IMG/VR virus record: IMGVR_UViG_3300030012_001662
Coordinates: 1 to 51,243 of that record
Source: a virus
Lineage: Duplodnaviria > Caudoviricetes
DNA length: 51,243 nucleotides
Strand: one strand, 5' to 3'
The notes under the pieces were generated by a model. The model was not told the DNA's origin. It saw only the letters and a program-made list of their open reading frames with translations, and searched no databases. The translations under genes and the position numbers were made by a program. Of the stretch, positions 46,299 to 51,243 are shown in pieces. Position 1 is the stretch's first letter. The number at the start of each line of letters is the position of its first letter.

Positions 46299-46556
46299 AT
46301 GTCTAATACATCAATAACTGTCAAAGACAAGATTAATCAACAAGAGGTACAAAGGTTGATTGATAAATATGGCTTTGATATGGACACAATCAAAAACAAT
46401 TTTGACATAACAAAAGAAACCAAACCAAGAACCTACGATTTTAATGTAGAACAAGAAAGGCAATATGCCATTAAAGTTTTAAATGTTATTTCTAATTTAA
46501 ATCAAAAACAAAGAGAAAGGGTATTGCATAGGGCATCTTTATTAAATAAAGTTTAA
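46299..46556 (+). CDS. Hypothetical early protein
   Basis: Start motif before MSNTS. Confidence 0.7.
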   Translation: MSNTSITVKDKINQQEVQRLIDKYGFDMDTIKNNFDITKETKPRTYDFNVEQERQYAIKVLNVISNLNQKQRERVLHRASLLNKV

Positions 46557-46578
46557 AGGAGGTGTCCTCCCCTCGCCT

Positions 46579-46610
46579 ACCCTAGTCATTAATTTGGCTA
46601 GGGTTTTTTA
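46579..46610 (+). terminator. Terminator at the convergent junction
   Basis: ACCCTAGTCA/TGGCTAGGGT stem followed by poly-T. Confidence 0.7.
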
Positions 46611-47773
46611 AAGTAAGGACTATTTTCAATATCTCGGTTTTTTACAAATTCTATTACATCATCAATACTATCAATAGCATCTAAATCTTTTGCTTCCATA
46701 TATGCTCTACCTGTTAGTGACTTTTCAAGTTCATCATATCCACCTGTTTTTGTAAAATCTCGCATTTGAAAATCATCTGTTGCATTTACTAAATCACCAA
46801 TGCTTTGGTCGACATTTTCAACAAAATCTGAGTCTGCAACCTTTAAAAAATCAGCCATATCTTTTTCAACTAACTCGTCTACCATTAAACGTCTATATCT
46901 TAATCTTAATGCAGGTAATTCGTTAAAAGCATAATCTCCTTTATCTATTTTGCTTTTAATATCATTCATTTGGTTAACTCTAAATTTATCAGAACCTATT
47001 GGTTTAAAATTTGCATTTGTTGCTATTTCTGCCAACGTATTTTCAAAACCTTTTCCACTAAATCTTAAAACATCTGCCTTAGGTACAGGTTTTATATCAG
47101 GCATTGTTTTGGTAACCTTTGGTATTGCCTTTGTTATTTTATCTACAGGCAAACTTGCCAAAGCACCTCCAACCATTGTTGCAGAACCTATTGCACCTAC
47201 ATCACTAAAGAATTTTCTTCTACTTGGGTCAAAATCTTGATTTTGTGCTATATTTGTCGTCGTATCAGCCTCGCCTGATATAGGTAAAGATGTTTTTTGT
47301 ATATTCATACCTACGTCTTTTGATGGCTCTGTAGCCTTGGCTTTCAGCGATGACAGAAATTTCTTTACAGGCTTTAATGCAACTGCAGTTAAAGGTATTG
47401 CTTCTACGACACCTGCCATCATATCTATTGCAGGCAAACCTATTTCTGGTCTATCTATTGCAGTTTGTAAAGGCTGTCGCATTGCACTTAATAAAGCCAT
47501 AGATTGTTTAAATTTATTTGGTTCTGCCTTTTGAATTGCCTTCTCGCCTTCTTCAAAAGCAAAAAATGTACCTGCTGGTGTAAAATCTAAAAGACCAATA
47601 TTCTCTGTTAATTTATCGCTCTTTACATCTCCTGTAAAACTTCTTGCGATATCCATATTGGTTGCCTTGCCTTCTCGTACTGATTTATCAACGATATTAA
47701 GGTTTTCGCCAAGATAATCTAAGGCGTCTGCAATCTTTCTCTGTACAACTTCTCGTGACGATAATTCTGCCAT
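46598..47773 (-). CDS. Putative internal/ejected protein with an internal twin-arginine-like motif
   Basis: SRRKFF followed by a hydrophobic segment. Confidence 0.65.
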   Translation of the reverse strand: MAELSSREVVQRKIADALDYLGENLNIVDKSVREGKATNMDIARSFTGDVKSDKLTENIGLLDFTPAGTFFAFEEGEKAIQKAEPNKFKQSMALLSAMRQPLQTAIDRPEIGLPAIDMMAGVVEAIPLTAVALKPVKKFLSSLKAKATEPSKDVGMNIQKTSLPISGEADTTTNIAQNQDFDPSRRKFFSDVGAIGSATMVGGALASLPVDKITKAIPKVTKTMPDIKPVPKADVLRFSGKGFENTLAEIATNANFKPIGSDKFRVNQMNDIKSKIDKGDYAFNELPALRLRYRRLMVDELVEKDMADFLKVADSDFVENVDQSIGDLVNATDDFQMRDFTKTGGYDELEKSLTGRAYMEAKDLDAIDSIDDVIEFVKNRDIENSPYFKKP

Positions 47774-47958
47774 CAAACCTGCCCTGCTGTAAGTTTTCTT
47801 GCTAATATTTTTAACGTCTGATTAAAACTTTTGTCAAGTTTACCTGCTAATTTTGCAAATTCTTTTGGGCTTATTTCTTTTGTTTCTATCTTTCGTCTTT
47901 CAAGAAACTTTTTTGCCGCTCTTATTTCTGCATTTGCAACCTTTTTTACTGCCGACAT
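47773..47958 (-). CDS. Small basic helical protein
   Basis: Coupled ORF. Confidence 0.7.
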   Translation of the reverse strand: MSAVKKVANAEIRAAKKFLERRKIETKEISPKEFAKLAGKLDKSFNQTLKILARKLTAGQV

Positions 47959-50408
47959 TATATTCCCTCTTCCGTAATAATATCTTCTTCACTTCCCATG
48001 ATTTTATTTGCTGTTAACATACCAGCCAAACCTGTTGCCGCAATCGGTGTATAAAGAGATTGACCAGATTTAACATTTTTAATAAATTCAGGTGTAAATT
48101 CTAATGTAACCGAATCCATATAAAAAGGGTTTACTACACTTTCATTTAGATTATTTTTTAAATCAAATGCTTTTGCTGTATCAGAATTTGGGTCGTTTCT
48201 ACCAAACATTTCAAATTCTTCAACAAAATCTTTTCTAGCAGGTTCATTATGAAAAACCCTTTGTTTGGTTAATTTTGCATCTGTTCCCTTTATAATTTTA
48301 TTTAATGCCTTTGGTACATCTGAATCATAATATCTAACCAATCTTTCCTTATTAGACCTATCTAAGTGAACATATCCGGGCGATATTGAAATTTTTTCGT
48401 AACCTTCATCTATTGCATTTCGTATTATATTTTTCAAACCTATTTCTGTGTATGCACCTGTATCATTTATAAATGGACCACTTGGTATGTCGTGGGTTCC
48501 CATTACCTTTCTTTCAAAATTATATGTTTCGGTTAAATTTGCATCTAATTTTTTGAGTATTTCGTAACCTTCTTCTAATTTATCTGGCTGTACATCAAAA
48601 TTTTCTATTATTTTTCTGTGTTTTGGCACTAAATCTTTAATAGTTAGTTCTGCATTTCTTAAAATATTAAACAAAACTTCTCTTTTTTTATCTGTATCAA
48701 TATCAGCTAAATTTGTTGGTGCTTTTGTTACACGATTGGGGTCGCCTCTTTCTTCCTTATATAATGTATCAAAATATTTTGATATTTTTTCTTTGTCATT
48801 GCCAAAATATAAATTACTTAATTTATTTATATCTTCATCTGGTAAATCGTTTATTTTAAATATTGGTCCACGAGGCGAAGGCATATCAGTTCCTAACTTT
48901 GTAAATAAATCAAAAAACACCTTTTTCTTTAGTGGATTTATTAGTTCTTCATTAACACGACCCGGATAAAGAAAATCGTTAAATTTACCATCTAAATTAA
49001 GGGTAATATCGTCATTTTTTTTCTCGCCTTGTGCCTCTGAAAATTTATATTTTGTACCTTTATTTGAAATTAGATTACCTAATGTTAAATCATCAGTTTT
49101 CATTTTTTCTAATAATTGTATTTGTTTATTTATACCAGCAACTTTGTTTGGGTCATTTCTTACTTGAACTTTTTTAAGAGATAATTTTTTTATTTGATTA
49201 TCTAAATCGTCATTTAAATAAGAATATGAAACAGTTCTTTGTCTATTAGAAACCAAATCACTATCTGCTGGTGTAAATTGATGATAAATTTTTATGTCGT
49301 CAATATTAGATATTTTATTTAATTTATCGTAATTATTTTTTAAATTTTTTACCAATTGAGGTTTATTTGAATTTATTAAAGATTTTTGTTCAGATGGTGT
49401 GTAATTAATATTTTTACCTTCTTCGCCTCTCTGCGACCAATCACTTTGTATTTCTTCTAAAAATAATGTTTTTTTACCATCTTCTGTAATTTTATCATTA
49501 ACTCTTGCATGAACAATTAAATTTTTTTCTGGATAATGCTCTGTTACATAATCATCTTTTAATTTTTGAAATGGTGATTCATTTGTTAATAGTATTTCTC
49601 TATAATTTGTATTTAAATTACCTCTACCTACAGTTACACTTGAGTATTTACCACCTTGTTCGTGATATAAATTACCATATTCAGGTCTAAATTCACCACC
49701 TGCCTCTAAAATACTAAGTTGTACATCTACCTCAGCTAGACTTGGTACATTTGCCACAGGTATACCTTCGCTTGATTCGTATATATCAGTATCAACCTTA
49801 TCGGTTGCAAAATCAATATTATCATAACCATACCAACCATCTCTATCACTGCCATCAACAACTACACCTGTTTCTTGGTCAATAATTCTAAAATATTCAT
49901 CAGTTCCAAATAATGCATCTGGGTCAAAATCAACATTTGGTACACCATCTGGTAAATCAGGAAAATCTAACATTTCTCTGTGGTAAGATGAAAGCATATA
50001 TGGTTTAATTCTTCTTATTTGAAATTGACCATCTTCGTAAAAATCGCCCTCTACCTCGTCAAAATTTCTTATAATTGAATTTGCATCTTGAAATCTTGAT
50101 ACTTCACCACCTAATTTACCACCTTGAATTTCTTGTTTAACAACTGTTTTATTTTTGGCTAAGTAGTCTTTTAAATCTTTTGTAGTTATGGTTTCATCTG
50201 GTAATTCATCTACATATTTATCTAAGCCTGTAAACATAGACTCTTCTTGTACTGCAGGACCACCTGTATTTTTAATTTGATTTAATAATTGTTCTGGTTT
50301 GCCTTTAACATCACCTAATAAATCTATTGTTTTTTCTGTGGGCGAAAAGAAACCAAGTTCATCTAATGCACCATAACCATATTTAAATAATCCAAATATC
50401 TTAGACAT
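47958..50408 (-). CDS. Large polyvalent-protein-like putative ejected protein
   Basis: NYREILL, HAR..D...GKKTLFLEEIQSDW.Q.G, A..EGY, YYD..VPK motifs. Confidence 0.65.
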   Translation of the reverse strand: MSKIFGLFKYGYGALDELGFFSPTEKTIDLLGDVKGKPEQLLNQIKNTGGPAVQEESMFTGLDKYVDELPDETITTKDLKDYLAKNKTVVKQEIQGGKLGGEVSRFQDANSIIRNFDEVEGDFYEDGQFQIRRIKPYMLSSYHREMLDFPDLPDGVPNVDFDPDALFGTDEYFRIIDQETGVVVDGSDRDGWYGYDNIDFATDKVDTDIYESSEGIPVANVPSLAEVDVQLSILEAGGEFRPEYGNLYHEQGGKYSSVTVGRGNLNTNYREILLTNESPFQKLKDDYVTEHYPEKNLIVHARVNDKITEDGKKTLFLEEIQSDWSQRGEEGKNINYTPSEQKSLINSNKPQLVKNLKNNYDKLNKISNIDDIKIYHQFTPADSDLVSNRQRTVSYSYLNDDLDNQIKKLSLKKVQVRNDPNKVAGINKQIQLLEKMKTDDLTLGNLISNKGTKYKFSEAQGEKKNDDITLNLDGKFNDFLYPGRVNEELINPLKKKVFFDLFTKLGTDMPSPRGPIFKINDLPDEDINKLSNLYFGNDKEKISKYFDTLYKEERGDPNRVTKAPTNLADIDTDKKREVLFNILRNAELTIKDLVPKHRKIIENFDVQPDKLEEGYEILKKLDANLTETYNFERKVMGTHDIPSGPFINDTGAYTEIGLKNIIRNAIDEGYEKISISPGYVHLDRSNKERLVRYYDSDVPKALNKIIKGTDAKLTKQRVFHNEPARKDFVEEFEMFGRNDPNSDTAKAFDLKNNLNESVVNPFYMDSVTLEFTPEFIKNVKSGQSLYTPIAATGLAGMLTANKIMGSEEDIITEEGI

Positions 50409-51243
50409 TATGTACCCTCTTCAAGTCCTGATAATGCACCTAATGTACCAAATGCTGTAAATCCTGCACCTGCTAAAATATCTTTTGATTCTTTTTTTGT
50501 TGGGTCAAATTTTGCAAATATAGAACGAATATTTTTAGGGTCAAATACTACATAGTCTTGTCTTGGTCTGCCTGTGTCTGTCGTACTTCTTGATATAAGA
50601 ATACCATCGTGACCTTCTGATTGTAGTTTTTCTCTAAATGCTTTACTGCCTATTTCATCAGTAAAAGATGTTTTGCCACTTTGTAATTGTTCTGTCATAA
50701 AATTTTCAAAATCTTCTTCAAAATCTTCATAAGAAAAATATTCTTTAGGATTCTGTAGTCTTAATTTTACTGGATATACTTGCCCTGCCTCATATTCTCC
50801 ATCTCCTGCAAAATAACTAGCAACATCTGGGTCTTCACTAAAAAATGTACCTACATCTTGTATGCTAGGTGTATCGCCTTCATAATCACTTTTATCTAAA
50901 AATTCTTTGATAGGTGCGCCTTCTTCTTCAACTAATATTTTTCTAGGCACACCATCATAAATAGCTTCTACTGGATTTATGGCTACCTCTTGTCGTGTGC
51001 CGTGATAAGCATCAGTCTCAAAACCTAAATCTTTTGCTCTTTGTAATCTATCTATTTCATCTTGTGATACTAAGGCACCAGTTTTTTCTGGTATCTTATC
51101 TAATGCCTCACCTAATGCTTTCATTAATATACGTGTTTTTGACATTTACCAAGCCTTACATGACCAATATCTAGCTGTTGTCTTATCTGTGGCAGTATCA
51201 CAATTATGCCTTGCTCTGAATGATTTTCTTCTAGCAGGTGATG
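50263..51243. repeat. Terminal direct repeat, copy 2
   Basis: Starts cctgtatttttaatttg like position 1; ends gcaggtgatg like 963-972. Confidence 0.95.
50408..51145 (-). CDS. ART-PolyVal-like ADP-ribosyltransferase domain protein (allele 2)
   Basis: YHGT...GHDGI...YVVFDP; near-identical to 146-874. Confidence 0.75.
   Translation of the reverse strand: MSKTRILMKALGEALDKIPEKTGALVSQDEIDRLQRAKDLGFETDAYHGTRQEVAINPVEAIYDGVPRKILVEEEGAPIKEFLDKSDYEGDTPSIQDVGTFFSEDPDVASYFAGDGEYEAGQVYPVKLRLQNPKEYFSYEDFEEDFENFMTEQLQSGKTSFTDEIGSKAFREKLQSEGHDGILISRSTTDTGRPRQDYVVFDPKNIRSIFAKFDPTKKESKDILAGAGFTAFGTLGALSGLEEGT

Noticed and set aside
1-51243. Stop-codon recoding, introns, inteins or tRNAs
   Set aside because: Genes tile densely in the standard code using TAA, TAG and TGA stops; TerL, portal and helicase are uninterrupted; no cloverleaf seen

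Overview
The window appears to be a complete, circularly permuted genome of about 50.3 kb from an AT-rich tailed phage, probably a marine podovirus-like virus. Its two ends (1-972 and 50263-51243) are diverged copies of the same region. Layout: (i) a leftward operon from ~14.4 kb: Cro-like, DUF1064, lambda-O-like initiator with internal iterons, Twinkle-type primase-helicase, ParB-like plus GREB1/TAGT-like glycosyltransferase, TerS, TerL, portal, Met-rich and very basic small proteins; it wraps round to an ART-PolyVal ADP-ribosyltransferase-like gene and two large putative ejected proteins; (ii) a rightward early/recombination region at 14.6-22.1 kb (exonuclease, ERF, SSB-like, DUF932, many hypotheticals); (iii) a leftward morphogenesis and lysis operon at 45.1-22.2 kb (GroES, scaffold, capsid, adaptors, tail, S74 tail fibre, 2OG oxygenase, holin, lysozyme, GNAT, ejection proteins); (iv) a small rightward early island at 45.2-46.6 kb (mini-ArdC, YodL-like). 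I recognised no integrase, DNA polymerase, tRNA or CRISPR array. Most notable observations: an 11-nt start-associated motif GGGAGAAAACA on early genes, with an orphan copy inside a structured RNA between convergent operons (candidate anti-RBS sRNA or decoy); a recurring G-A-L-x-x-L/I peptide in putative internal proteins; small proteins that copy motifs of the capsid and ejection proteins; paired C-terminal 'IC..NGY..W' domains; a cupredoxin-like insertion in a virion protein; and apparent avoidance of GATC and CCWGG. All family assignments come from motif recognition by eye, not from database searches.
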